Shown piece by piece: positions 50,932-64,000 of a stretch of DNA of 64,000 bases. The notes beneath the pieces were generated by a model that was given only the letters and a program-made list of their open reading frames with translations, did not search any database and was not told the DNA's origin. Where the stretch lies: the NCBI RefSeq assembly GCF_006345805.1, contig NC_043022.1, forward strand, positions 18,104,001-18,168,000, in the 5' to 3' direction. Each line of letters begins with the position of its first letter. The first letter of the stretch is position 1. The DNA comes from Octopus sinensis (lineage: Eukaryota). The position numbers and the translations under genes were made by a program.

Positions 50932-51097
50932 ATACATGACGGGTTTCTTTCACGATCCATCAGCCAGATTCCCTCACAGATTGGTCTGTCCGAGGTGGTA
51001 GTTGAAGACACGTGGGTAAAATATCGTGCAGTGGGACTGAAACCGGAACCGTGTCGTCGTCGCAAAAACGAGCTCCTTAAACCACACGACCATGCGT
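50932..51097 (-). mobile_element. SINE family B, diverged head
   Basis: gggtttctttc..gtgcagtgggactgaaaccggaacc. Confidence 0.7.
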
Positions 51098-51310
51098 GAG
51101 AATTTCGAAAGCTTCCTCCAAGCATGCATTCAGGATTCTTGCTTTGGTCTTAAGTCTCTCGCCTGAAAAAGTCTTAGAGACACAAAGTTTCGTCTGTCTT
51201 TTACGGAAAATGTTTTTGTCGAGGATTATGGGTAATCCTTCGTGAAATCCTCTGTCTTGTCAGTGCAATCAATGAACGTTTCCAGTTGGATAAAGTCTTC
51301 AGACATGGCG

Positions 51311-51326
51311 GTGCCATCTAGCGGAC
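51311..51326 (-). promoter_or_regulatory. CTCF-like motif
   Basis: Minus strand GTCCGCTAGATGGCAC fits CCRCYAGRKGGCR; it abuts YY1-like ACATGGCGG at 51303-51311. Confidence 0.4.
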
Positions 51327-51459
51327 GCGATGCAAAAAAAAAAAATGTAGTTATAAATAAATAAATAAATGAATAAATAAATAAATTAAATGATCGAAAA
51401 GACAGGAAATAAGAGAACAATTTCAGAGTTAGTAAAGTCAGTAGTTTCCAGTTCGCTCC

Positions 51460-51488
51460 TCTTCATCCTCCTCCTCCTCCTCCTCCTC

Positions 51489-51549
<61 letters not shown>

Positions 51550-51560
51550 AACAACTACTA

Positions 51561-51637
<77 letters not shown>

Positions 51638-51703
51638 AACTACTACTACTACTACTACAACTACTACTACTACTTACTACTAACTACTACTACTACTACT
51701 ACA

Positions 51704-51738
<35 letters not shown>

Positions 51739-51739
51739 A

Positions 51740-51770
<31 letters not shown>

Positions 51771-52056
51771 GTCGTCATCTTCATCATAACCCTCGCCACC
51801 GCTGTTATGAACATCACCACCATCATTATCTTCACCACCACCACTACCATCACCACCAGCACCACCAGCACCGCCGCCGCCACCAGCACCACTACCACCA
51901 CCGCCATCACCACCACCACCGAAACCACCACCACCACCACCACCACACAAACATCACCAGCACTGCCGCCGCCACCACCACCATTGACGTCGTCGTCGTC
52001 GTCGTCGTCTTCATCATTATCACCACCACCATCAGCACCACTACCAACGTAATCTT

Positions 52057-52108
<52 letters not shown>

Positions 52109-52473
52109 TGTATCGTCATCACCATCATCAGTTGCACCACCACCACCACCGTCACTACCACCACCACAAACACCACCACCACCACCACCACCACCACCAC
52201 AACCACCACCACCACGTCACCACCACCACCACCACCACCACCACCACCACCACCACCACGTCACCACCACCACCACCACCACCACCACCACCACACACCA
52301 CCACCACCACCACCACCACCACCACCACCGTCACCACCACCACCACCACAACAACCACCACCACCACCACCACCATAGACGTCGTCGTCGTCGTCATCAT
52401 CATTATCACCACCACCATCAGCACCACCACCACCATCATCATCATCACCACCACCACCACCACCAACGTAATC

Positions 52474-52517
<44 letters not shown>

Positions 52518-52670
52518 TATCGTCATCACCATTATCACCATCATCAGTTGCACCACCACCACCACCACCACCACCACCACCACCATTATCATCGTTCTTT
52601 TCGTCGTCGTCATCGTCATCGTCGTAGTCATAATCATCATAATCATCATCATCCTCATCCAAATAAGCTA
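51460..52670. repeat. 1.2-kb trinucleotide mosaic (CTA/CAC/CAT/CAG/GTC) with internal block duplication
   Basis: Direct reading; the block near 51990-52260 recurs near 52380-52600. Confidence 0.95.
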
Positions 52671-52769
52671 ATATTGAACCAGTATTCTCCATTGCACGAT
52701 TCAACGATCGATTATATTGATAGAAAAATACGGAGAAGTCAATAATGGACGGCGCTGAAGTGAGACCAA

Positions 52770-53412
52770 AACACCATTTCCATTCCGTAATAACACCATT
52801 TCCATTCCGTAATAACACCATTTCCATTCCGTAATAACACCATTTCCATTCCGTAATAACACCATTTCCATTCCGTAATAACACCATTTCCATTCCGTAA
52901 TACAAAACACCATTTCCATTCCGTAATAACACCATTTCCATTCCGTAATAACACCATTTCCATTCCGTAATAACACCATTTCCATTCCGTAATAACACCA
53001 TTTCCATTCCGTAATAACACCATTTCCATTCCGTAATAACACCATTTCCATTCCGTAATAACACCATTTCCATTCCGTAATAACACCATTTCCATTCCGT
53101 AATAACACCATTTCCATTCCGTAATAACACCATTTCCATTTCCGTAATAACACCATTTCCATTCCGTAATAACACCATTTTCCATTCCGTAAATAACACC
53201 ATTTCCATTCCGTAAAAACACACCATTCCATTCCGTAATACACCATTCATTTCCATTCCGTAATATAACACCATTTCCATTCGTCATAAACAAACACCAT
53301 TTTCCATTCCGTAATAACACCAACCATTTCCATTCCGTAATAAAACACCATTCCATTCCGTAATAACACCATTTCCATTCCGTAATAACACCATTTCCAT
53401 TCCGTAATAACA
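52770..53412. repeat. 22-bp minisatellite (AACACCATTTCCATTCCGTAAT)n, about 29 copies
   Basis: Head-to-tail units without spacers; the right third is degenerate. Confidence 0.97.
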
Positions 53413-53855
53413 TTTCCTTTACGTAATCTCTTCTACAACAAAATGCATTCAAATTGTCATTGTTGGACGGTTTTTTTTTACAAATTTTATTGGCGTAAAA
53501 ATTATACAAATCTATCTTTACACAGAAATAGTTCCGTACGTTCACACACAGACACACGGGCACACACACACACACATAGATATTAATGTGTTCATGTACA
53601 CATATGTAGACATATCTGCTACATATAAATACACACCAACCAACATATATATCTTATATATATATAATATATAATATATATATAATATATATATGTATGT
53701 GTGTATGCATATATATATATACTTATACACATATATACATATAAATATATATGTATCTGTATATGTGTATGTCTGGTTGTGTGCGTTTATATTCATATAT
53801 GTACAACATATCTGCATACATATACATACATATATATATATTTATGTATGTATTA

Positions 53856-53901
<46 letters not shown>

Positions 53902-54375
53902 ATATATATACATATGTTCATATCTATATATACATATATATATATTATCTATATATATATATCTATATATAACATAGACATATACATATAAATGTGTATA
54001 TACATATATACATTTATACACATACATACATACATATAAATATGTATCTATGTGTGTGTGTGTGTATGTCTGTGTGTATGCGTTCATATTCAGGTATGCA
54101 CACATATCTGCATATATATGCATACATGTATGTATGTATGTATGTATGTATGTGCATGTGTGTGTATGTGTGTGTGTCTCTATGTGCGTTTATATACATA
54201 TATACACATGTATACATACATATATGTATGTATGTATATGTGTATATGTGTATATTTGTGCTCATATACACATATGTACACATATCTGCATACATATACA
54301 TACATATATATATGTGCGTGTATATATATATATATGTATGTGTGTACATATATTTATACACATATATACATGTAA

Positions 54376-54409
<34 letters not shown>

Positions 54410-54527
54410 GTATGTTAATGTTCATTTTTACACCAAATTATATATAAAAGCAATTTAGCAGCAATAAATTTTTGGTAGAAATTTTATCTATTATAATCCT
54501 ACAAGAGGTGTGAGTATAAAATAAAAT

Positions 54528-54589
<62 letters not shown>

Positions 54590-54599
54590 ATACGTAAAT

Positions 54600-54735
54600 A
54601 TAGTTGGAATATATAGAAAAACAAAAGACAAAGACAGGTGTATGAGCAACAAGCAAGTGTATTAGTTTGATGCTCGGGAAAAATGAAGAAGTTTTTAAGG
54701 TTTCGAGCCTACGCTCTTCAACAGAAAGGAATAAG
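54600..54735 (-). mobile_element. Penelope-like terminal repeat with hammerhead-like motif (copy 3)
   Basis: Minus strand ccttt-CTGTTGA-a-GAGC-gtag-GCTC-GAAAC-CTT-aaaa. Confidence 0.55.
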
Positions 54736-54819
54736 AGAAAATAAATAGAGAGAGAATGAAAAAAAAAACAAACTTGTAGATTTCTGCGGTCCAGCATATG
54801 TGTGTGTATATCTATCTAG

Positions 54820-54894
<75 letters not shown>

Positions 54895-55026
54895 ATCTAT
54901 CTAATCTATCTATCATCTATCTATCTATACGCACATATATATATGTATGTGTGGGTGTGTATATTATAACACACACACCACACCATTATATATATATATA
55001 TAATATATAATATATATATATATATA

Positions 55027-55443
55027 GGTACTGGAGTGGCTGTGTGGTAAGTAGCTTGCTAACCAACCACATGGTTCCGGGTTCAGTCCCACTGCGGGGC
55101 ATCTTGGGCAAGTGTCTTCTTCTATAGCCCCGGGCCGACCAATGCCTTGTGGGTGGATTTGGAAACTGAAAGAAGCTTCGTATATATGTTATATATATAG
55201 TATGTATGTGTGTGTGTGTGTTTGTGTGTCTGTGTTTGTTCCCCTAGCATTGCTTGACAACCGATGCTAGCGTGTGTTTACGTCCCCGTCACTTAGCGGT
55301 TCGGCAAAAAGAGACCGATAGATAAGTACTACTGGGCTTACAAAAGAATAAGTCCCGGGGTCGAGTTGCTCGACTAAAGGCGGTGCTCCAGCATGGTCGC
55401 AGTCAAATGACTGAAACAAGTAAAAGGTAAAGAGTAAAAGAGT
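55027..55443 (+). mobile_element. SINE family B, full length
   Basis: Complete head, internal microsatellite, tail and (gagtaaaa)n end. Confidence 0.92.
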
Positions 55444-55476
55444 ATATATAGTATGTATGTATGTATGTATGTATGT

Positions 55477-55516
<40 letters not shown>

Positions 55517-55524
55517 ATATATAT

Positions 55525-55572
<48 letters not shown>

Positions 55573-56455
55573 AGAAGAAAAAGAAAATGGAAAGGAGAAA
55601 AAATAATGGAAAAATAATTTTTAACTGGATTAAGAAGAGAAATATTGCAAAAGAAAAAAATCGCTTGGAAAAGATGCGAGAAGGAAGGAAAAGTAGAGAG
55701 GGAAAAGAAAAAGCAATGAAGCAGACGACAACGAGGACGACGACAGCGCTGCTGCTGCTGCTACTGCCACTGCTGCTGCTGCTGCCACTGCTGCTGCTGC
55801 TAATGCTGATGATGATTGAATGCATTAAAGAAATGAAAAGCCTTAAAGATTGAGAGAAAGAAGGCCATTGAAAAGTGTTAAAAGATGGAGTTTAAACGGA
55901 AATTGCCGCCAGTTAAAACTGCATCATTTAAGTTTCACATTGAAAACCGGAAACAATACGCGAGAGAAGCTTTCACGAGGAATTTATTTTCTCTGCTGGT
56001 TGCACTTCAATTGATGCAATGTGTAACAACAGGTGGTGCACTCTTGCAATTTTTAAAAGAGCCTGCTGGTGGGGAAAATCAGTATGGGTCACCGAACAAC
56101 ATACACACACACACCTATACTCTCTCTCTGTATATATATATATATATATGTATATATAATATTTATATATATACATATAAATGAATATATATATATATAT
56201 AATATATATATATATATATCTATATATATACCTTGTTACTTCTGTACTGTGTGCGTATATATTGTGTAAAGATACATAGGTAGATAGAGAGATAGATAGA
56301 TAAACAGATTGATAGAAATATATACGTACACGCATATTTATATCTATGCGTATATTTATATGAGTATATATATGTGTGTGTGTGTGTGTATGTATATACA
56401 CCAAGTTTGTATATGTATAGATGCACGTATGTATGTATACATACATATGTAAATG

Positions 56456-56486
<31 letters not shown>

Positions 56487-56525
56487 TTATATATGTATAT
56501 ATATATGTATGTATATATATATATA

Positions 56526-56570
<45 letters not shown>

Positions 56571-56911
56571 AATTTATATTCAGGCATTACTATACATAAA
56601 TGCCTCACGCTAGGAGGAACTCTTAAAGTAAAAAATACCAATGCCCTTAATATAAATTAATATTTTTAAAGGGAATAATTAATAATTTTTCCCTTATGAG
56701 ATTTTTCACACTGACTACTTGATAAATTCTCATAAAGATTTTATCCTATTTTAAAATTATATATATATAGATATATAGATAGATACATATGTATGTATCT
56801 CTCTCTTTCTATATATATATTATAGATAGAGAGAGAGAGAGAGAGGGACTGAGAGAGAGAGGAAGAAGAACGAGAGACAGAAACACTCACACACAGCACA
56901 AAGCGTGCGCG

Positions 56912-56945
<34 letters not shown>

Positions 56946-57620
56946 TGAACTGATTCTGCTGATATTAACAACAGCGAATGTTGTCGTTCGAAAGATTGAG
57001 GATGTACCGCAGGTCGATAGTGAAGTGTTGTGCTGTGTCAAGTTCGTTATATACTAGCAGTGCAGGTATATCACCTTGTAATATGTTATGTCAACACACG
57101 TGTGTTAACATAACTTATACATATATATACATATACATATATATATATTCCAGCAAACATTGTTGCTTTGTCGTACCACCATATATATATATATTCTATG
57201 TCTTTGTGCAGCTGAAGATTGCTTTACATTTTAAATTGATGTAATGATTGCATTGTTCAACTAAATGGAGTTGCACGAAACGATCGTACCTCGGGATATC
57301 CTTGTTGCTTATTTTGATTATATGTATATATATATATATAAAATTGAAATCCAGAAAATGGAGAAGTAGCATTAATATAATTAATTTATTGCAAAAATTC
57401 AATATGTTTACTTACAGCTGTTTCGATTTTGGGGCCAAAAATTAAATTTCAGTAATTAAACCTTTTATTGGTCAGAGGGGTAAAAAAAGGCACATTGTTA
57501 GGTTATTACATGTTAGTCTTCCAAAACATCTCGACAAAATAATAGGTAACAAACCAGTAAGTCACTTTTTACTATCCCTTAAGGCGATCTTTTTAACCTC
57601 TCTCTCTCTCTCTCTCCCCC

Positions 57621-57677
<57 letters not shown>

Positions 57678-58741
57678 CAGGATGGGCTTCCACACAGTTT
57701 CCGCCTGCAAATCACTCTGCAATAGAGGAAGACACCTGAGCTACCGTACAGTAGGATTGAACTCAAAACCGCGCGGTTTCGTAACCATACAGCCATGCTC
57801 ACATCCAATTTATTCTCCTCATGAAGTGTTCCACGAATTTGTACGTCCACATTCACACATACATAAATATATACACACACATACACACACAATATACACA
57901 CTACAAAACACACAATACACACGCAAATACACACACAATACACACACACATAACACACATACATACATACAATACACACACATATACACACAAAACACAC
58001 ACATAACACACATGCATACACACAATACACACACATATACACACAAAACACACACAATACACACATACACACATACAATACACACATACGCACACATATA
58101 CACATAAAACACACACAATGCACACATACACACATATATATACACACACATAGACACACAATACACACACATACACACACATATACAAACACATACCCAC
58201 ACTCAATACACACACATATACACACACGTACACAAACAATATACACGCGCGCCGCGCACACAATTACGAACGTAAAAAAAAAATGGCTACTTCCAATATA
58301 AACCGCAAACCGTAAGTACTTTTAATGTCCAACAGATTGTTATAGAAAAGGTGAAAGAAATTTTACAGAAAGCTTCTGTAGCAAATGTCGAACACGTTAT
58401 GAGTATCCTATCACAGACAAAATTCTTTAGGCAACATTTATTGAAGCTCTAAAAGTTTTTAACGAAGGTCGACCTGGTCAGCTTATTGTATATTATTGCA
58501 GATTATTGAAGGAAATGATACGGGCTTGTGGCAACAATTCACAAATTACTGACTTTTGCCCAGTTATTACTGACATTTGGATAGTAAATGGAAAGTTGTT
58601 TAAACGACCGTAATCGCTAACCTTTGAATCGTTTATGCTTTCTGGTTGGATACACCATTTAGTCAATAACATTGTTAAAAATGTCTTAAATAAAATATCT
58701 GTTGTAACAGAGCAGCGCTTCTTAAAACTATGGGTCGCGAC

Positions 58742-58790
<49 letters not shown>

Positions 58791-58867
58791 ACGTGATCAC
58801 GTGGATACACCATTTAGTCAATAATATTGCCAAAAATGTCTTAACTAAAGTGTCTGTTGTAACAGAG

Positions 58868-59181
58868 CAGCGCTTCTTAAAGCTATGGGTCGCGACCCTG
58901 AATGGGCACGCGAAGCGAAATGCTGAGGTCTCGAGAATTAAATTCAAACATTAGAATTTCGGTTTTTATGTTCTTTCACAAATGCACAAATCCTAAAACT
59001 ACTTTTATTTTGACAAGTAATCTAACTACTTTTTTTTAATATGTATATTGTGCAGCAAAAAATAAAAAAACGATTTATATATATATATTTGTATGTTTTA
59101 TTTCATATTTAATACCTGGGGTCGCGAAAAATCTCGTGATGAAAAATGGGGTCTTGAATGAAAAAAGTTTAAGAAGCGCTG
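58868..59181. mobile_element. hAT (Charlie/Buster-like) MITE
   Basis: TIRs cagcgcttcttaaa / tttaagaagcgctg, subterminal ggggtcgcga, and 8-bp flanks taacagag / ttatagag (diverged TSD). Confidence 0.8.
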
Positions 59182-59192
59182 TTATAGAGGAT

Positions 59193-59645
59193 ACATGCAA
59201 GTGATATACTTATGGAAAACCTTGGAGGGGTTGGCACCAAAATTTGTCATCAAGTGCTATGCCAGCCTCCGAACTGGACGTCACTGCACTGTTCCAAAAG
59301 TCTCATCCATCGTGTCAGGAGTGAGGACCATGTTCTGCAATAGTTTGGGATTCAAGGGCCCACGGCTATTTAATGCCTTTCCAAAATATATGAAAGATCT
59401 ACGTGGAGTAGGAGTAGATGTTTTCACGAAACGACTCGACCTTCTGTTGTCCATGGTCCCAGACAAACCTATATCAAGGCAGCAATAACGGAACCTGTCT
59501 TGAATAACGGAACCTGTTTATTATATAGAATTTTCCCCTTCACCAAAAACCAATCCCGAAAGAATGTCCATCGAAAAGGTGATGAAACTGGCGGTGCCCC
59601 AGCATGGCCACAGTCTTTGGGCTGAAACCCATAAACGAGTAAAAG
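59193..59645 (+). mobile_element. CR1-group LINE 3' end
   Basis: IYLWKTLEGLAP..NSLGFKGPRLFNAFPKYMKDL..VFTKRLDLLLSMVPDKP, with tail ggcggtgccccagcatggccacagtctttgggctgaaac. Confidence 0.8.
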
Positions 59646-59913
59646 GAAGGTGTTAGATAAGACACTCTGGGTTAGAGGATAAATATAATGTGTTAGAAAA
59701 GACCCAGATAAGACATACGCTGTGTTTGAGAGTTGGCGTACTATGTTAGATAAGGCAGACTATATTCGGATTCTCGCCTGATGATCGCATCATCATGAAA
59801 CTCGACACGCAGGACAAACTTCAGTCTCTTTCAGTCGCAATAAACCATATACTCAGCAACATGTATTTATATATTGAGCAATCTTTCGCCGTCTTATTCG
59901 TTTCAACGTTTAG

Positions 59914-60545
<632 letters not shown>

Positions 60546-61236
60546 TCAAAGTTTACTCTAATCTAATAAAACTGCATTTTTACGTATCAGAAATTCGTTT
60601 TCATAACAGCTTTTATTGCACAAGCTTTCATATCGATTAGAAGCCATAACGTATGAATAAAAAAAAATACCTTTTCATATTACAATCGTTTCATTTTCTC
60701 CTCTAAATAATTCATTAAAACTATTTATAGCTGAATTGCACGAAATTTGAGAGACATTATTTTATCTAACATCAATATACGGATGTAAAAATGGTATTAT
60801 TGCCATTTTTTCTGTCTATAATGTTTATGAACAGATTTTGTTCTATCACAGGAGGATCATTATGCCAACAATAACACACGCACTGGCTCTATTTCACTTC
60901 GTTTGTTATTACTAGTAATTTGGTCAACAATTTAATCAATTAACTAATCGATTGCTTGATTAATTGTTCGGTCATTCAATCAATCAATCAATCAATCAGT
61001 CAATCAATCAATTACTCAATCTGTTATTGATGACATTGCGAATGGTGACGGAAGGGCTTAACCAAACCTGACTGATTGATTGACCAAATGATTAGTCAAT
61101 CAATAGTTTGGTCAATCAATCAATCGTTTAGTAAACTGGTAAACTAATTGACAACAACAACTACTACTACTATTACTACTACTATTACTGCAGCTGCTGC
61201 TACCACTAATACTACTGCTGCTGCTGCTGCTGCTAT

Positions 61237-61274
<38 letters not shown>

Positions 61275-61283
61275 ATAATAATA

Positions 61284-61511
61284 ATGGTTTCAAATTTTGC
61301 CACAAGGTCATCAGTTTTGGAGGAGGTGGCTAGTCGATTACATTGCCCTCCCCCCGTGTGTAACTGGTACTTATTTAATTGACCCCAAAAAGATGAGAAG
61401 AAAACTGGACCGTGCCGGAATTTGAACTCAGAAGGTAGCTACGTGCGAAATACCGCTCAGCATTTCGTCCAGCGTGCTAACGATTCTGCCAGCTCACCGA
61501 CTTAATAATAC

Positions 61512-61557
<46 letters not shown>

Positions 61558-61708
61558 CCATTCTACTATAGGCACAAGGCCTGAAATTTGCGAGGAGGGG
61601 CCAGTCGATTAGATCGACACTAGTACGCAAGTGGTACTTAATTTATCGACCCCGATAAATTTATCGACCCAGAAAGACACTCGGTAAGAAATGGAAACAG
61701 AAGTGGAA

Positions 61709-61750
<42 letters not shown>

Positions 61751-61840
61751 AATAAAAAACTTCTCTCGAGGTCTCTGGGTGAGACTTGGAGCTAACTCGT
61801 ACAAACGCAAATCAAAAGTCAAACATAAAATAATAATAAT

Positions 61841-61879
<39 letters not shown>

Positions 61880-62100
61880 AATAATAATGATAATGATAAT
61901 AATGGTTTTAAATTTTGGCACAAATCTAGCAAGTTTAGGGAGAGGGAATAAATCGATCACACCGACCCCAGTGTACAACTGGTACTTATTCTATCAAACC
62001 AGAAATGATGAAAAGCAAACTCCACTGAGCGGAATTTGAACTCAGAGCATAAAGGCGGACGAAATACTGCTAAGCATTTCGTCCGGCAAGCTAACCGCCT
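61284..62100 (-). mobile_element. Three SINE family A copies (61284-61503, 61557-61670, 61911-62100) and a 70-bp Dong 3' UTR tip (61760-61832), separated by (AAT)n/(GAT)n
   Basis: Each matches the family A domains; the Dong tip matches 48665-48730. Confidence 0.85.
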
Positions 62101-62127
62101 TATATCAGATGCAATGACATACTCTCT

Positions 62128-62534
62128 CTTTACTCTTTTACTCTTTTACTTGTTTCAGTCATTTGACTGCGGCCATGCTGGAGCACCGCCTTTAATCGAG
62201 CAAATCGACCCCGGGACTTATTCTTTGTAAGCCCAGTACTTATTCTATCGCACTCTTTTTGCCGAACCGCTAAGTGACGGGACGTAAACACACCAGCATC
62301 GGTTGTCAAGCAATGCTAGGGGGACAAACACAGACACACAAACACACACACATACACATACATATATACATATATACGACAGGCTTCTTTCAGTTTCCGT
62401 CTACCAAATCCACTCACAAGGCATTGGTCGGCCCGGGGCTATAGCAGAAGACACTTGCCCAAGATGCCACGCAGTGGGACTGAACCCGGAACCATGTGGT
62501 TGGTTAGCAAGCTACTTACCACACAGCCACTCCA
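62128..62534 (-). mobile_element. SINE family B, full length
   Basis: Reverse complement of the 55027 copy. Confidence 0.92.
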
Positions 62535-62639
62535 GCATATTTTGTATTATAGTTTTCTTTTTTTTTTTTTTACATTTCTTATTTTATGGTTGTTATTGTA
62601 TGGTTTATGGTAGGCAGCGTAGGGAGTCCTTCGTAAACA

Positions 62640-62888
62640 CGTGCTTCATTCGTATTTATCAGTTTTTTTCCGCTATTCCATTTTCATTATCGTTTCATTA
62701 CGGTTTTTCATTATCGATTCGAAACTCAGACACATTGGCAGGGATTTTACTTCCCACGGCCGCCCGAAGCACACGCTCTATGAGTGGCATCAAACGTTGG
62801 TTTATCGAGCAGAAATTGAATTGGAAATGGAATTCTTGGAATGGAGATGGATTATTAAAAACAGTAAATGGATATTCATGAAGCATCG
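62640..62888. mobile_element. Old MITE-like imperfect inverted repeat
   Basis: cgtgcttcat..cagtttttt..attccattt pairs loosely with aaatggaat..aaaaacagt..atgaagcatcg. Confidence 0.4.
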
Positions 62889-63095
62889 TAGATTTACCCG
62901 AAGGAAGAATTGTCTTGAAATCCGTTTCTGCTATTCTTGGATTCGCTATATTCTGATGCAATTCTTACTCTTAGTTCTGTTGCTCTTTGATAGTTTTGCG
63001 ACTCTTGTCTAAAATCGTTCGCCGTTTCTAAGTGAAACAATCCAAGTAAATTAGGGAAATGCTAATGGAATGAACGGAAATGGTAGTTTACTCAC

Positions 63096-63281
63096 GTTTG
63101 ATACGATGTTGCTGACGCAGTATGGTAAATGCGGAACTGGTAGTATGTTGTGTAGCTGACGTTCGTTCACCTCAAGCTCCTCCATCTATGAATATTAATG
63201 AAGTATTTAGATACACGCCGTACTGAAGAGATCCAATCATACCGAAATTGTAGCCATATACGAATATATGATGGCTCAACC
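63096..63281 (-). other. Candidate 186-nt exon (possibly 5' UTR plus first 30 codons)
   Basis: Very strong acceptor (tttc)n-ttttcaactacag and donor AAC|gtgagt. ATG at 63185 opens MEELEVNERQLHNILPVPHLPYCVSNIVSN. Confidence 0.4.
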
Positions 63282-64000
63282 CTGTAGTTGAAAAGAAAGA
63301 AAAAGAAAAGAAAATGTATTCAAATGTATTTTATTTCTTTCTCTTCACTAACGAGAAAATGGACTACTAGCAAGATTATCTCCCTTGCAGTAGTAATGTA
63401 AAGAAAACCCCAACAAATAAACAAAAAACAACAGCCGATCGTTTACATGGCTGAAAAATAAAGTATTTACTGAATTGTGTGGGTAGAAAATGGAGAAAAC
63501 TTTATGATTATCGATCCGTGTGAGACAGCCCTTGGTTCTATTATACAAAATCTCTATTTTAAAGTGACCCAAATTAAAGTTCCATGCTAATTTATGTTCC
63601 TTACTATACGCTATCTTTATGATGACAAAGTTATTTTAATAAAGACTTCATTATATTCAAAATCAATTAAAATAAAGCTAGTTTATTTCATTAGAAGTAT
63701 GAAAGCAAAAATATTAAAGTGATCTCAAAATCTTCCATCAAAATACCATGCTACTTTATGTTCCAAACTTCATCTTAACAATGATGAAGTTATTTTAATA
63801 AATTCTTCATTATTTTTAAAAAGCAATTGAAACAAAGGTAGAATATTTCAAGAGAAATATGCTAACAAAAGTGTTAAAGCGATCTGAAATAAAACCTTCC
63901 ATTATTTGTTCATGTAAATTTATGTTCCAAACACGAATGTAATAATGCCAAAGTAGTTTTGCTAAATTCTTCATAATTTTCAAAAGTATACGAAACAAAG

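Noticed and set aside
52770-53412. CRISPR-like array
   Set aside because: Units are contiguous with no unique spacers, there are no cas genes, and the context is eukaryotic.
52261-53575. Long ORFs (339, 278, 181 aa) as a repetitive protein gene
   Set aside because: They are translations of the 22-bp minisatellite and trinucleotide runs, open in several frames.
55885-56100. 99-aa plus-strand ORF as an exon
   Set aside because: No acceptor or convincing donor, it runs into (TA)n, and no family resemblance.
50120-57080. Array of alternative phase-1 terminal exons on the minus strand (57078, 51317, 50233)
   Set aside because: Each is a 30-37 codon frame after an AG. This is expected by chance given frame selection, and the peptides share nothing.
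59772-59815. CTGATGA..GAAAC hammerhead candidate
   Set aside because: No stem II independent of the core and no stem I.

Overview
AT-rich, microsatellite-saturated animal DNA with one 100-N scaffold gap (35466-35565). The repeat families resemble those I recall from octopus genomes; this is an inference with no database search. No long ORF or recognisable host gene is present, and nearly all long ORFs in the track are translations of simple repeats. The window is mostly: two abundant tRNA-derived SINE families; relics of R4/Dong, Tx1/L1, CR1-group and RTE LINEs; Tc1/mariner and hAT relics and MITEs; Helitron/Helentron-type non-autonomous elements; a 22-bp minisatellite; and local duplications. 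The most notable observations are: (1) a complete minimal type I hammerhead ribozyme with a compensatory U3-A8 core, sitting in the loop of a 134-bp near-perfect inverted repeat at 32.9-33.3 kb; (2) further hammerhead-like relics and two more asymmetric fold-back elements; (3) sequence evidence that each major SINE took its 3' tail from a LINE also present in the window (Tx1-like and CR1-like); (4) a few isolated exon-like segments, mostly on the minus strand, that may belong to a long-intron gene.
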